Below, in pieces: positions 30,970 through 41,209 of a stretch of 64,000 bases of DNA. Below the pieces are notes generated by a model that saw only the letters and a program-made list of their open reading frames with translations, did not search any database and had not been told where the DNA came from. Positions within the stretch are counted from its first letter, which is position 1. Each line of letters starts with the position of its first letter. This DNA comes from an uncultured delta proteobacterium (GTDB lineage: Bacteria > Desulfobacterota > BSN033 > UBA1163): assembly GCA_963708295.1 (NCBI GenBank), contig CAVPSJ010000014.1, forward strand, positions 128,001 to 192,000, read 5' to 3'. A program made the translations under genes and the position numbers.

Positions 30970-32721
30970 GTGAGTCATAAGATCGAATTTGTCGATCAGA
31001 CCTTAAGAGATGCTCAACAGAGTCTGTGGGGTTTCACGATGAGAACCGATCACATGACCCCGATTGCGGAAATGATGGATAGAGTTGGTTACAGAGCCAT
31101 CGCGACCGTAGGAAGTCAGGCATTTACGGTGCAGGTACGCAATCTCAACGAGGATCCCTGGGAGAGGATCAGGATTCTTTCCAGGCTGATCACAAAAACC
31201 CCTCTTCGCGGGTCCTACCAGATCGGGAGTCTCTCCTCTTTCGATTTGAGTACGCCCCGTGATATCATCACCCTCTGGATAAAGCGGTCGGTTGCCAACG
31301 GGATAAAAAGCTTTTGGATTTGCGATTATCAGTATGAAATGGAGAAGTTTTGCCACTTCGCACGCATCGCCAAGGCTGAGGGAGCTGAAGTCGTACCGGC
31401 CCTGATGTATACCTCCAGCCCTGTCCATACGAAGGAACATTGGGCGCGAAAGACCAGGCGGATATTGGAGGCAAAGGATTATGTCGATCGGATCATGATC
31501 GAGGATGCATCAGGGGTGATTACGCCGGAAGGCACCCGGGAGCTGGTGTCCACCGTTCTAAAAAACTGCGACGGACTGCCCGTCGAGTTCCACTCCCACT
31601 GTAATTCGGGACTGGCTCCTCTGTGTTATCTGGAGGCGGTTCAATCCGGTGTCACGACCGTCCATACCGCGGTCGCACCTCTTGCCAACGGTACTTCCCT
31701 GCCTGCTACGGAGACGATCTTAAGAAATGCTCGCCGTCTGGGCTATTCCTCGGACCTGGATGAGGATGCGCTCGCCGCTGTGTCCGCCCATTTCAGGAAT
31801 ATTGCTGAAAAAGAAGGCCTGCCCATCGGTGTTCCCAGGGAATACGACCTCTTTCATTTTGAGCACCAAGTGCCCGGAGGAATGATGACCAATCTCACAC
31901 GACAGCTCAGGGAGGTGGGGATGGAGCACCGTCTGGACGAGATCCTGGAGGAGGTCGTGGTGGTCCGAAAGGAGTTTGGGTACCCTGTGATGGCAACACC
32001 CTATTCGCAGATTGTGGGAGCCCAGGCCGTAGAGAATGTCGTTTCGGGTGAGCGCTATAAACAGATAACGGATGAGGCCATCAAGTACGTTCTCGGGTAT
32101 TACGGAGAGCCAGTTGTCCCGGTGGACCAAAATGTCATGGACCGGATCATGGGCTTACCGAGGACCAAAGAATTTCTCAATTGGAAACCTGAAGGGTACC
32201 TGAAGTGCGTCGAAGAGCTGCGTCAAGAAATCGGCCCGGAACTTTCCGATGACGATCTTCTGCTGAGGATCCTGATACCGGGAAAACCTCTCAAGCGCGG
32301 TGAGCCCAAGGGACAGGTCAAAGCGCCTGTGGTCAAACCTATGGCGCCTGTTAGCCCATCCACGGACTTCCCGACGGAATTTACCGTTGATGTAGATGGT
32401 GACGTATTTAACGTTAAAATCTCGCCGGTGTGGGACGGGGCCGGAAAAACCGAAAGAACTATGGTGGGAGAGAGACCGGAGGCAACAAAGAGGCCGAAGG
32501 AACTCCCCTCGGGGGCGGTGCTTTGCGGGATGGCGGGGTTGGTACTTTCGTTCGAAGTGAAGGTGGGCGACAGTGTCAATGCGGGCGATCTGGTGGCATT
32601 GATCGAAGCAATGAAGATGAGGAGACATGTCAATTCACCCCGTAGCGGGGTGGTAAAAGAGATTTGGGCCCGTGAAGGTGAGATAGTCAGTCCTGAGGAT
32701 GTCTTGATGGTGGTGGAATGA
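30970..32721 (+). CDS. Pyruvate carboxylase subunit B / oxaloacetate decarboxylase alpha-like carboxyltransferase with biotinyl domain (atypical active site)
   Basis: DQTLRDAQQS, EDPWER, HSH, HQVPGGM, GYPVMATPYSQIVG, biotinylation motif EAMKM. Confidence 0.88.
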   Translation: MSHKIEFVDQTLRDAQQSLWGFTMRTDHMTPIAEMMDRVGYRAIATVGSQAFTVQVRNLNEDPWERIRILSRLITKTPLRGSYQIGSLSSFDLSTPRDIITLWIKRSVANGIKSFWICDYQYEMEKFCHFARIAKAEGAEVVPALMYTSSPVHTKEHWARKTRRILEAKDYVDRIMIEDASGVITPEGTRELVSTVLKNCDGLPVEFHSHCNSGLAPLCYLEAVQSGVTTVHTAVAPLANGTSLPATETILRNARRLGYSSDLDEDALAAVSAHFRNIAEKEGLPIGVPREYDLFHFEHQVPGGMMTNLTRQLREVGMEHRLDEILEEVVVVRKEFGYPVMATPYSQIVGAQAVENVVSGERYKQITDEAIKYVLGYYGEPVVPVDQNVMDRIMGLPRTKEFLNWKPEGYLKCVEELRQEIGPELSDDDLLLRILIPGKPLKRGEPKGQVKAPVVKPMAPVSPSTDFPTEFTVDVDGDVFNVKISPVWDGAGKTERTMVGERPEATKRPKELPSGAVLCGMAGLVLSFEVKVGDSVNAGDLVALIEAMKMRRHVNSPRSGVVKEIWAREGEIVSPEDVLMVVE

Positions 32722-32723
32722 AG

Positions 32724-32887
32724 TTCACCGCAGAGTCGCCGAGATCGCTGAGGATAAGATAAAAAGAGGATGATAGCTGGTATCTATCCAAGGCTTATTG
32801 TGAAAAGACAGAAGCCTTTTTATTTGGCGGCCTCTCACCGCCAAATAAAAACTGTTTCTCCGCGTTCTCTGCGCCTTTGCGGTGAAA
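32724..32887. repeat. Palindromic intergenic element TTCACCGCA...TGCGGTGAA with internal hairpin
   Basis: TTCACCGCAGAGTCGCCGAG...CTCTGCGCCTTTGCGGTGAA; inner TTTTATTTGGCGG...CCGCCAAATAAAA. Confidence 0.65.
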
Positions 32888-32903
32888 AACATTTTGGACA
32901 AGA

Positions 32904-34392
32904 GTGATGATTAAGAAGATTCTCATCGCCAATCGCGGTGAAATAGCTATTCGCGTCATGCGAGCGTGCCGGGAAATGGACATTGCCTCCGTCGCCGTCT
33001 ATTCCGAAGCGGACAGAGAGGCATTATTTGCCAAGTATGCTGATGAGGCCTATTGCATCGGGCCTCCACCGGCCACGGTGAGCTATCTCAACATCCAAAA
33101 AGTGATTGAGGCGGCAAAGGAAAGCGGGGCTGACGCAATCCATCCCGGTTACGGATTCCTTGCTGAGAATCCAAAATTTGCCCGTGCCTGTGAAGAAGAA
33201 GGCATCAAATTCATCGGACCATCGAGCCGAGTGCTCGAACTCATGGGCGATAAAGTAGCGGCTCGGCGTGAGATGGTCAAGGCGGGCGTCCCTGTGGTGC
33301 CGGGCACGGATGAGTGCGTGGCGGAGTTTGATCAAGCAAGGGATATCGCCAATGAGATCGGATATCCGGTGATCATCAAGCCCTCCGGTGGCGGAGGAGG
33401 GATCGGCATGACCATTGTCGCGAACGAAGGGGAACTGGCGAAGGCGCTCGAATCCACGCAGGCGATTGCGACGACCACCTTCGGTCTTTGTGATGTTTAC
33501 ATTGAAAAATACTTATCCAATCCCCGCCACATCGAGTTTCAGATATTGGGAGATTCAAAGGGGAATGCCATTCACCTGGGGGAACGGGAATGCTCTATCC
33601 AGCGGAGACATCAAAAGCTGATCGAGGAATCTCCTTCGGCGGCGGTGACTCCAGCCATGCGCGCCAAGATGGGGAAGTTGGCCGCGAAGGCCGCCAGATT
33701 TGTGGGCTATGAAGGAGCAGGAACGATGGAGTTCCTTTTCTCCGACGGAAAGTTCTACTTCCTGGAGGTGAACGCCCGGGTCCAGGTGGAGCACCCGGTG
33801 ACCGAGATGGTGACAGGGGTGGATATTGTCAAGGAGCAGATACGGATCGCCTCGGGACTCCCCCTCAGCATCAAACAAGAAGAGGTCCGGATGAATGGCA
33901 GCGCGATCGAATGCCGCATCAATGCCGAAGATCCTTTGAACGACTTTGTCCCCACACCGGGCAAGATCAAGAGCTATCATTCCCCGGGAGGAACTGGACA
34001 TTCGAGTGGATAGCGGCGTCTATACCTCGTACACCATACCTCCCTTCTACGACCCGATGATATCAAAGCTCATCGTCTGGGGCAGGGACCGGGATGAGGC
34101 GATCGCGAGAATGCGGCGGGCCCTCTTCGAATATATCATTGTCGGGATTAAGAGCAATATTCCATTCCACAAAGCGGTCATGGAAAACCCGCGCTTTATC
34201 AAGGGTGAACTGGGGACTCATTTTATCGATAGCGAAACCACCCTGATAGAAGATATGAAGCGAATGATGGAGCGGGAGAAACCGTTAGAGGAAAGGTTAC
34301 CCCATCCTTCGGAGGAAAAAAAGAGAATCGCCGCTATTGCTGCTGTGACTGCCCTCACCCAGATGGGTGGTCACGTACAGCCCAAGCAGTAA
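32904..34392 (+). CDS. Biotin carboxylase subunit (AccC/PycA-like), frameshift near 33995
   Basis: ANRGEIA, HPGYGFLAEN, GGGG.GM, ERECSIQRRHQK, EVNARVQVEHPVTE, RINAED; continues as IRVDSG..PPFYDPMISKLIV. Confidence 0.92.
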
Positions 34393-34466
34393 TGGTGGAG
34401 ACTGAGTTCCTCTTACCGAGGGTCTCATAACAGTCCGTACATTGGCGCTGTCGGCAGAGAGAATCA

Positions 34467-34572
34467 TAACCCCACCTAACCTTCCCTTACCTCAAGGGGA
34501 GGGGTAACCCCTCTTCATCCCCCCTTAACTTAAGGGGGGACAGAGGGGGGTTAAGAGGGGGCTGGGGAGTTA
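34467..34572. repeat. REP-like palindromic element related to family A
   Basis: TAACCCCACCTAACCTTCCCTT...CCCCCTTAACTTAAGGGGG...GGGGAGTTA. Confidence 0.65.
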
Positions 34573-34668
34573 CTTCTATTGGGTGCAAGTCTGAATTCCT
34601 TGCATGGTGTGTCCAGTCTGTTATGAGCCTGTTAAAAAGAAGAAAGAAATCAGACAGAGGAGGAAAAG

Positions 34669-35383
34669 ATGCCTGTCCATAAGATCTATGAGTCCTGTGA
34701 TCGAGCGGTCGCCGACATTTTTGACGGGGCAACGATCATGATCGGTGGGTTCGGTTCTTTTGGTGGATTACCCATTCACCTGCTTGTTGCCCTGGCAAAA
34801 CAAGGAGCAAAGAATCTAACCGTTATCGCCAATCAGGGTGGCGTGGGTTTTGAGTTAAGCAAGAGAATAAAACCCGGCGGATATCCGGACATCGGCGTTC
34901 TGGTCCAGAACGGACAGGTGAAGAAATTTATCGGATCCGTGCCCGCCTTAGGAGGGATGCCTCCCACTTCTCCCATCGAGACATTACCATCGTGAAGGAA
35001 AAATTGAAATAGAGCTGGTTCCTCAGGGGACTTTGGCGGAAAGAATACGGGCAGGGGCCGGGGGGCTCGGAGGGTTCTACACCCCGACCGGGGTAGGGAC
35101 TCCTGTTGAATTGGGGAAAGAGAGGAGAGTGATCAATGGTAGGGAGTATCTGTTGGAATTTCCGCTCACCGCAGATTTCGCCCTGATCAAGGCGCATAAA
35201 GCCGACACCTTGGGCAACCTGGTCTATCGGGGAACGGCAAGATGCTTCAACCCTCCAATGGCGATGGCTGCCAAGATGACGATTGTTGAGGTTGATCAGC
35301 TTGTTCAAGTGGGAGAACTGGATCCGGAAGCGGTCGTCACACCCCATCTCTTTGTGGGCCGCATTGTGGAGGTGCCAAGATGA
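34669..35383 (+). CDS. 3-oxoacid/acyl CoA-transferase family I subunit A, frameshift near 34985
   Basis: [13 protein letters not shown], then [38 protein letters not shown]. Confidence 0.9.
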
Positions 35384-36042
35384 AGATGCGATTGGACGAG
35401 GAAACGATCGCCCTGAGGGCGGCAAAGGAGTTTGAAGACGGGATGGTGGTGAATTTAGGGTATGGAATGCCTGGACTCTGTGCAAATTTCATCCCCGAAG
35501 GAAGAACGGTCTTCTTCCAGGCCGAAAACGGCATCCTGGGATACGGACCTCTGCTGACCGATGAAGAGAAGGATTATGAATTGATCAATGCCTCAGATCA
35601 ACCCGTTACCCGCATGCCAGGCATGTGTTTCTTTGACAGTGCCATATCGTTTGACATGATTCGAGGCGGGCACATTGACGTGGTCATCCTGGGGGCTTAT
35701 CAGGTATCTGAAAAGGGCGACCTGGCGAACTGGGGTCGGCCGGGTCGACCTGCAACGGGGATGGGAGGCGGCATGGACCTGGCTGTGGGAGGCAAAAAAC
35801 TGATGGTGATGATGCTGCATACCACCAAGGAGGGAGGCCCACGGATCGTCCGACAATGTACGTTTCCTCTCACGGCAAAAAATTGTGTCAAAAAGATATT
35901 TACCGACATTGCTGTTATCGATGTCACAAAACAGGGACTCGTTCTTCGGGAGGTTGCCCCCGCCTGGACTGCAGAAGAGGTACAAGCCCTTACCGAAGCA
36001 AAGCTCATCGTAGGCGAGGATTTAAAGGAAATTGAGCTGTAG
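35380..36042 (+). CDS. CoA-transferase family I subunit B
   Basis: [13 protein letters not shown] (catalytic Glu), [21 protein letters not shown]. Confidence 0.93.
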   Translation: MKMRLDEETIALRAAKEFEDGMVVNLGYGMPGLCANFIPEGRTVFFQAENGILGYGPLLTDEEKDYELINASDQPVTRMPGMCFFDSAISFDMIRGGHIDVVILGAYQVSEKGDLANWGRPGRPATGMGGGMDLAVGGKKLMVMMLHTTKEGGPRIVRQCTFPLTAKNCVKKIFTDIAVIDVTKQGLVLREVAPAWTAEEVQALTEAKLIVGEDLKEIEL

Positions 36043-36134
36043 CTCTTTCCAAGTCATATTTGATCATTCCATTAAGACGGTTGCACATACGAAAGGGTGT
36101 GCGATCTCTTGATCGAAGAAGAAGGAGGGTTGAA

Positions 36135-36896
36135 ATGAGGCTGAAGGATAAGGTCGCAATCATCACAGGCGCAGCACGAGGCATTGGAGCGGCATTTGCC
36201 GTTGGGTTTGCAAAAGAAGGGGCGAAGATCGTCATCTGTAGTGACATCCTGGACGGAAAAGAGACGGTGGAAGCCGTCAAGAAAGCGGGGAGTCAGGCGA
36301 TCTTTGTGAAGACGGACGTTCGCAAACAGGATCAATGTGACGCTCTGGCTCGGGCAGCCATGGATCGCTTTGGGTCTATCGACATCCTGGTTAATAACGC
36401 GGCGGTTTTGGTTACGCTCAAGCCCTTCACGGAAGTCACGACGGAAGAATGGATGCATGTGATGGAAGTCAACACTGCAGGTCCCTTCCACTGCACCAAG
36501 GCTGTTTTCCCCTATATGAAAGAGAAGGGGGGGAAGATCATCAATATGTCTTCTGCTGTCATATTCGAAGGCGTCCCGGGGATGCCCCATTACGCCTCCT
36601 CAAAGGGGGCTATAGTGGCCTTTACGCGTTCCATGGCCCGGGAGTTGGGTGCTTACAACATCAATGTCAACACGATCGCTCCGGGGTTTACCCATTCTGC
36701 CGGCGGGGATGAATTCGACAGAAGGAAGACCTTTCCACCCGTTCCCCTTGACGAGATCCAACTCCCGCTCAAATGCCTGAAAAAACCCGCATACCCGGAA
36801 GATCTCGTTGGGACCGCAGTCTTCCTGGCCAGCGATGATAGTCGTTTTATTACAGGACAATTAATCTTGCACGACGGCGGGCTGTCTTTCCACTAA
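36135..36896 (+). CDS. Short-chain dehydrogenase/reductase (paralog of 30117-30881)
   Basis: TGAARGIG, NNAA, HYASSKG; long near-identical stretches shared with 30117. Confidence 0.93.
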   Translation: MRLKDKVAIITGAARGIGAAFAVGFAKEGAKIVICSDILDGKETVEAVKKAGSQAIFVKTDVRKQDQCDALARAAMDRFGSIDILVNNAAVLVTLKPFTEVTTEEWMHVMEVNTAGPFHCTKAVFPYMKEKGGKIINMSSAVIFEGVPGMPHYASSKGAIVAFTRSMARELGAYNINVNTIAPGFTHSAGGDEFDRRKTFPPVPLDEIQLPLKCLKKPAYPEDLVGTAVFLASDDSRFITGQLILHDGGLSFH

Positions 36897-37025
36897 ATGA
36901 GCCGGCCAAGGGCCCTTCCAGAGGGATGCGGCGATATGCCGCGATTCTAGGTTTTTTGAAGTCTGCCTGCCCTCTTGGGACCAAATGACTCGAATTCAAT
37001 TTTTTCAAACCTTCTGTAGGAGGAC

Positions 37026-37793
37026 GTGATGAACCGGGTTCTGGGCAAAGTAGGAATTGTGACGGGTGCCGGAGGCGCCATTGGGAGAGCCATAGCCCTT
37101 TCAATGGCAAGAGAAGGGGCAAAAGTCACGATAAGCGACACCCATGAGGTGAATGGAAGGAAAGTGGCAGAGGAGATAAAGAGGGGAGGGGGTGAGGCAA
37201 TCTTTGTGAAACATGATGTCACTCGTGAAGCCGACTGGGGAGAGGTCATGCGGACAACCGTGGACCGGTTCGGCAAGCTGGATATCCTCGTCAATAATGC
37301 GGGTGTGATGTTATGGAAGAACATTGAGAATACGTCGCTGGAGGAATGGCGCTGGCTGATGGGGGTCAATTTGGAGGGAGTGTTTTTGGGTACGAAATAT
37401 GCCATAGGAGCCATGAAGAAGAGTGGAGGAGGGTCAATCATCAATATATCTTCAGTCGCAGGTTTGGTCGGCACTCTCGATACCTCGGCCTACCACGCCA
37501 GCAAGGGGGGTGTGAGAATCTTTACCAAGGCCGCTGCCTTCGAGTGCTCGAAGGCGGGTTATGACTATAACATCCGGGTTAACTCCGTCCATCCGGGGGT
37601 CATTAAAACACCCATGGTGGAGGAGCTGTTCAAAGATGAAGAGAAGATGAGAACCGCATTGAGCTGGCACCTCGTCGGACGGTTTGGTGAGCCGGAAGAC
37701 GTTGCCTACGGCGTCCTTTACTTGGCCTCTGACGAATCCAAATTCGTTACCGGGGCTGAGCTGGTCATCGACGGTGGCTGGACAGCGCACTGA
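37026..37793 (+). CDS. Short-chain dehydrogenase/reductase (3-alpha,20-beta-HSD / cyclopentanol-DH-like)
   Basis: TGAGGAIG, HDVT.E.DW, NNAG, YHASKG, IRVNSVHPG. Confidence 0.92.
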   Translation: MMNRVLGKVGIVTGAGGAIGRAIALSMAREGAKVTISDTHEVNGRKVAEEIKRGGGEAIFVKHDVTREADWGEVMRTTVDRFGKLDILVNNAGVMLWKNIENTSLEEWRWLMGVNLEGVFLGTKYAIGAMKKSGGGSIINISSVAGLVGTLDTSAYHASKGGVRIFTKAAAFECSKAGYDYNIRVNSVHPGVIKTPMVEELFKDEEKMRTALSWHLVGRFGEPEDVAYGVLYLASDESKFVTGAELVIDGGWTAH

Positions 37794-37911
37794 GGTCAGC
37801 CCCAGGATCAGATGGACACATGAACGTAAATAGGCTTTGCAGGGTGAAAGGGGAGAATCAAAGGAGATCCCTTGTGGAGTATGAACTGGAAATGGAGGGA
37901 AGGAGCAAGAA

Positions 37912-37995
37912 ATGATTACCACAACAATCTTTCCGGGTCGCTCTATTCAGGGTCACGGAGCGATCAAAAGGCCGCAGATGATGACGGAAGGCTAA
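37912..37995 (+). pseudogene. N-terminal remnant of a glycerol dehydrogenase (GldA-like)
   Basis: RBS then MITTTIFPGRSIQGHGAIKRPQMMTEG*; first ~18 aa match the GldA N-terminus pattern MITTTIFPGRYVQG. Confidence 0.6.
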
Positions 37996-38046
37996 GGAAA
38001 CGAGACTGACGTCATTCCACAAAACAATTAAAGAAAGGAGTCGACT

Positions 38047-39921
38047 ATGTATTCAGGCGGGTATATGGGGAAGGTACTTCGGATCAACCTGACACGGAAG
38101 ACCTCGAAAGAAGAGAAACTGCCTCCAGAGGTGGCCAAGGATTTTATCGGAGGCGCTGGATTTGGAATCAAGTACCTATTTGACGAAGTGAGGTCTGGCA
38201 CGGACCCTCTCGGGCCTGATAACAAGCTGATCTTTGTTCCCGGTCCATTTACGGGGACGACCATTCCCTGTGCGAGCCGGATGGCCGTTGTCGGGAAATC
38301 TCCCTTGACGGGTGCGGTGGGCATGGCCCTTACAGGAGGACAGTTCCCCGCGGAGCTGAAGTTTGCCGGCTGGGATGTGGTCATTATCGAAGGGAAGGCT
38401 GAAAAGCCAACGTATGTCTCCATCAAAGACAGCGCCGTCCGATTTCATGACGCGCAGAGTGTGTGGGGGACCATGACCAGCGACTGTCAGCAGATCATCA
38501 AGGACGCTCTCCGGGATCAGAATACGCGGGTGATCTGTATCGGGCCTGCGGGTGAACATTTGAACAAGATTGCATGTATCATCAATGAGAGGAGAGCCCC
38601 GGGGCGGAAGGGACTCGGAGCCGTCATGGGATCGAAGAATTTGAAGGCCATCGCCGTCCGGGGAAGCGGGTCTGTCGTCATCGCTTCCCAAGAGAAGTAT
38701 AAGGCCGGCAGGTCCTCGATGTTGAAGGCGATGAAAGAAAGCCCCGTGCTCTATTCCCACTTCGCAGACGCAGGAACGCCCATGGTTCTTGACCTGACGG
38801 CTGCCATGGGAATCCTCTCGGCCAAGAACTGGTCGGCTACCGGCGAGTTTGCCCCGGTGGAAGGACTGGGGCTCGAAGCCCAGAACACCCGAAAAATCGG
38901 CAAGGAACATTGCTACGACTGCCCGGTGGGGTGCAGTCAGATGAAGCTCGCCAAGAGCGGGCCCTACTCCGGCATCCTGACCGAGGGTCCTGAGTTTGAG
39001 ACCCTTTACTCCTTTGGCAGCGGGACCGGGGTGGCGAACCTGGACGCTGTGATCGCAGCCGATCGGCTCTCTGATGAGTTGGGATTTGACACGATGTCGG
39101 CAGGCGTGACGGTTGCCTTTGCAATGGAACTCTTTGAAAGAGGGATTCTCACGCTCAAGGAGACAGGCGGGCTGGAATTGAAGTTCGGCAATGACCAGGC
39201 CATGATGACGGTGCTGCGTCAAATGGCGTATCGCGAGGGGATCGGCGACCTCCTTGCCGATGGCACGAGGGCAGCGGCTCAAAAGATCGGCAAAGGAGCG
39301 GAAAAGTATGCGATGCATATCAAGGGCCTCGAGCTGCCCGCCTATGATGTGCGGGGCGCCAAGGCTCATGGCTTAAACTATGCGACATCCTATACCGGCG
39401 CAGACCACAACCGGGGTTATGCCTTCCAGGAGATATTCGGAATTCCAGTTCCCTGGGCAGTGGATCGATTTGCCGTAGAAGGGAAAGGGAAACTGACCAA
39501 GTGGAATCAGGATGTGAGGGCGGCGACCTGCGACTGCCCGACCATGTGCGCCTTTATCCTGGATACTGCACTTCCCGGTACCGCTACCCAGAACACAGCT
39601 ACTCTCATGGAGGCTGTGACAGGACTTCCGTTTACCCCAGAAGAAGTCGAGAAGGTCGGTGAAAGAGTCAATAATCTGGCCAAGGCTTTCAACGTCAGGG
39701 AGGGCTTCACGCGGGCAGATGACACATTCCCGGAAAGGCTGATGACAGAGCCTTTGAAGGCCGGTGCCTCCAAGGGACAGCTGATCAGCAAAGAGGATCT
39801 CAACCTCATGTTGGATGAATACTATACCGTGAGAGGTTGGGATCTCAAAAAGGGCACTCCGACCAGGGCAAAGCTTATTGAACTTGGGCTGGGCTACGTT
39901 GCCGATGAGCTAGGGGTATAG
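38047..39921 (+). CDS. Aldehyde:ferredoxin oxidoreductase (tungsten AOR family)
   Basis: GYMGKVLRINL, KSPLTG, IGPAGE, GRKGLGAVMGSKNLKA, CYDCPVGC, EGPEFET, GFDTMS, KGLELPAYD.R, GADH, YY..RGWD. Confidence 0.93.
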   Translation: MYSGGYMGKVLRINLTRKTSKEEKLPPEVAKDFIGGAGFGIKYLFDEVRSGTDPLGPDNKLIFVPGPFTGTTIPCASRMAVVGKSPLTGAVGMALTGGQFPAELKFAGWDVVIIEGKAEKPTYVSIKDSAVRFHDAQSVWGTMTSDCQQIIKDALRDQNTRVICIGPAGEHLNKIACIINERRAPGRKGLGAVMGSKNLKAIAVRGSGSVVIASQEKYKAGRSSMLKAMKESPVLYSHFADAGTPMVLDLTAAMGILSAKNWSATGEFAPVEGLGLEAQNTRKIGKEHCYDCPVGCSQMKLAKSGPYSGILTEGPEFETLYSFGSGTGVANLDAVIAADRLSDELGFDTMSAGVTVAFAMELFERGILTLKETGGLELKFGNDQAMMTVLRQMAYREGIGDLLADGTRAAAQKIGKGAEKYAMHIKGLELPAYDVRGAKAHGLNYATSYTGADHNRGYAFQEIFGIPVPWAVDRFAVEGKGKLTKWNQDVRAATCDCPTMCAFILDTALPGTATQNTATLMEAVTGLPFTPEEVEKVGERVNNLAKAFNVREGFTRADDTFPERLMTEPLKAGASKGQLISKEDLNLMLDEYYTVRGWDLKKGTPTRAKLIELGLGYVADELGV

Positions 39922-39960
39922 GATCAATTTAGTGTTTTGAGATCCAATGGGATTAGACTC

Positions 39961-40142
39961 CTGGTCAATGATGCTTCCAAAGTTTTAGAATGCGGTCGTT
40001 TACAGGTTTCGGAATTGAAATGGAGTGAATGAGCAAGACGCTGGAGTGATGTTGAAGCCATCTGAACGATCCGATAAGAGGTATCCGCTCTAAAACTTTT
40101 GGAAGCTTTCGCTTCCCGTAAACGCCCAGCATCAACGACCAG
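39961..40142. other. Long nested inverted repeat (possible structured RNA or MITE)
   Basis: CTGGTCAATGATGCT/AGCATCAACGACCAG and GCTTCCAAAGTTTTAGA/TCTAAAACTTTTGGAAGC pairs. Confidence 0.5.
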
Positions 40143-40219
40143 CGCCTTGGGTGGGCGAGGTTTCAAGGCGCTGAAGTGTTACAGCATAAAGACGGAGAGG
40201 GTGGAAAAAGGAGGGAGAT

Positions 40220-41209
40220 ATGGCTGAGATTAAGAAGGAGACGCTTCTGGCGATGTATGATCGGATGCGCCTGATTCGGACTTTCGAAGATCGGGTAGCA
40301 GACCTTTTCGTTCGCGGAAAGATGCCAGGATTTGTCCACCTCTACGCGGGACAGGAAGCCATCGCTGCGGGGGTCATCGCCCATCTTACGGATCGCGACT
40401 GGATCACATCCACCCATCGAGGGCACGGTCACTGTATCGCGAAAGGGGTTGACATCAAAGGGATGATGGCAGAGCTCTATGCCAAAGCGACTGGATTATG
40501 CAAAGGCAGGGGGAGCTCCATGCACATTGCTGACATAGGAAAAGGAATGCTGGGGGCCAACGGGATTGTTGGGGCTGGGGGTCCGCTGGCCTGCGGTTCT
40601 GCTTTAACTGCCAAAGTCCTGGGGACGGATCAGGTGACGGTATGTTTTTTTGGAGACGGAGCAGCCGCGCAGGGGACGATCCATGAGTCGATGAACTTGG
40701 CGAGCATCTGGAAGCTCCCTGTCGTCTTTGTCTGTGAGAACAACCTGTATGCCGTATCCACCCCGAGCAGCTACCATTGTGCCGCCGGAGAGATCTGCGC
40801 GCGGGCAGCGGCTTACAACATTCCTGGCTTAGCATTGGATGGAACCGATGTGATGGCAGTCTACGAGGCATCTGGCGAGGCGATTGCCCGTGCGAGACGA
40901 GGCCAGGGCCCGAGTCTGATTGAAGCTCGTGCCTTCCGGTACTATGGACACTTTGTAGGGGACCCGCAAAAGTACAAAACGAAGGAAGAGATGGAGGGCT
41001 ATAAAGCCCGTGACCCGCTTGAAGTCTTCAAAAAACGGGTCGGCGAAGCGGGTTTGATTTCGGAAGCTGAATTGGCAAAGATAGATATCCGGGCGGTGGA
41101 GGCGGTAGAGGAAGCGGTCCGTTTTGCCGAAGAGAGTCCTTTTCCGGTTCCGGAGGAGTGCTTGAAGGATGTCTACGTGAGTTATCCAGCGGAGGGAGGG
41201 GATTTATGA
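40220..41209 (+). CDS. TPP-dependent dehydrogenase E1 alpha (AcoA/PdhA-like)
   Basis: GFVHLYAGQEA, STHRGHGH, SMH, GDGA...HESMN, ENN.Y, RYYGH. Confidence 0.93.
   Translation: MAEIKKETLLAMYDRMRLIRTFEDRVADLFVRGKMPGFVHLYAGQEAIAAGVIAHLTDRDWITSTHRGHGHCIAKGVDIKGMMAELYAKATGLCKGRGSSMHIADIGKGMLGANGIVGAGGPLACGSALTAKVLGTDQVTVCFFGDGAAAQGTIHESMNLASIWKLPVVFVCENNLYAVSTPSSYHCAAGEICARAAAYNIPGLALDGTDVMAVYEASGEAIARARRGQGPSLIEARAFRYYGHFVGDPQKYKTKEEMEGYKARDPLEVFKKRVGEAGLISEAELAKIDIRAVEAVEEAVRFAEESPFPVPEECLKDVYVSYPAEGGDL

Noticed and set aside
39975-40106. Cas9-repeat-like GTTTTAGA as CRISPR/tracrRNA
   Set aside because: Only one inverted pair, no repeat-spacer array and no cas genes
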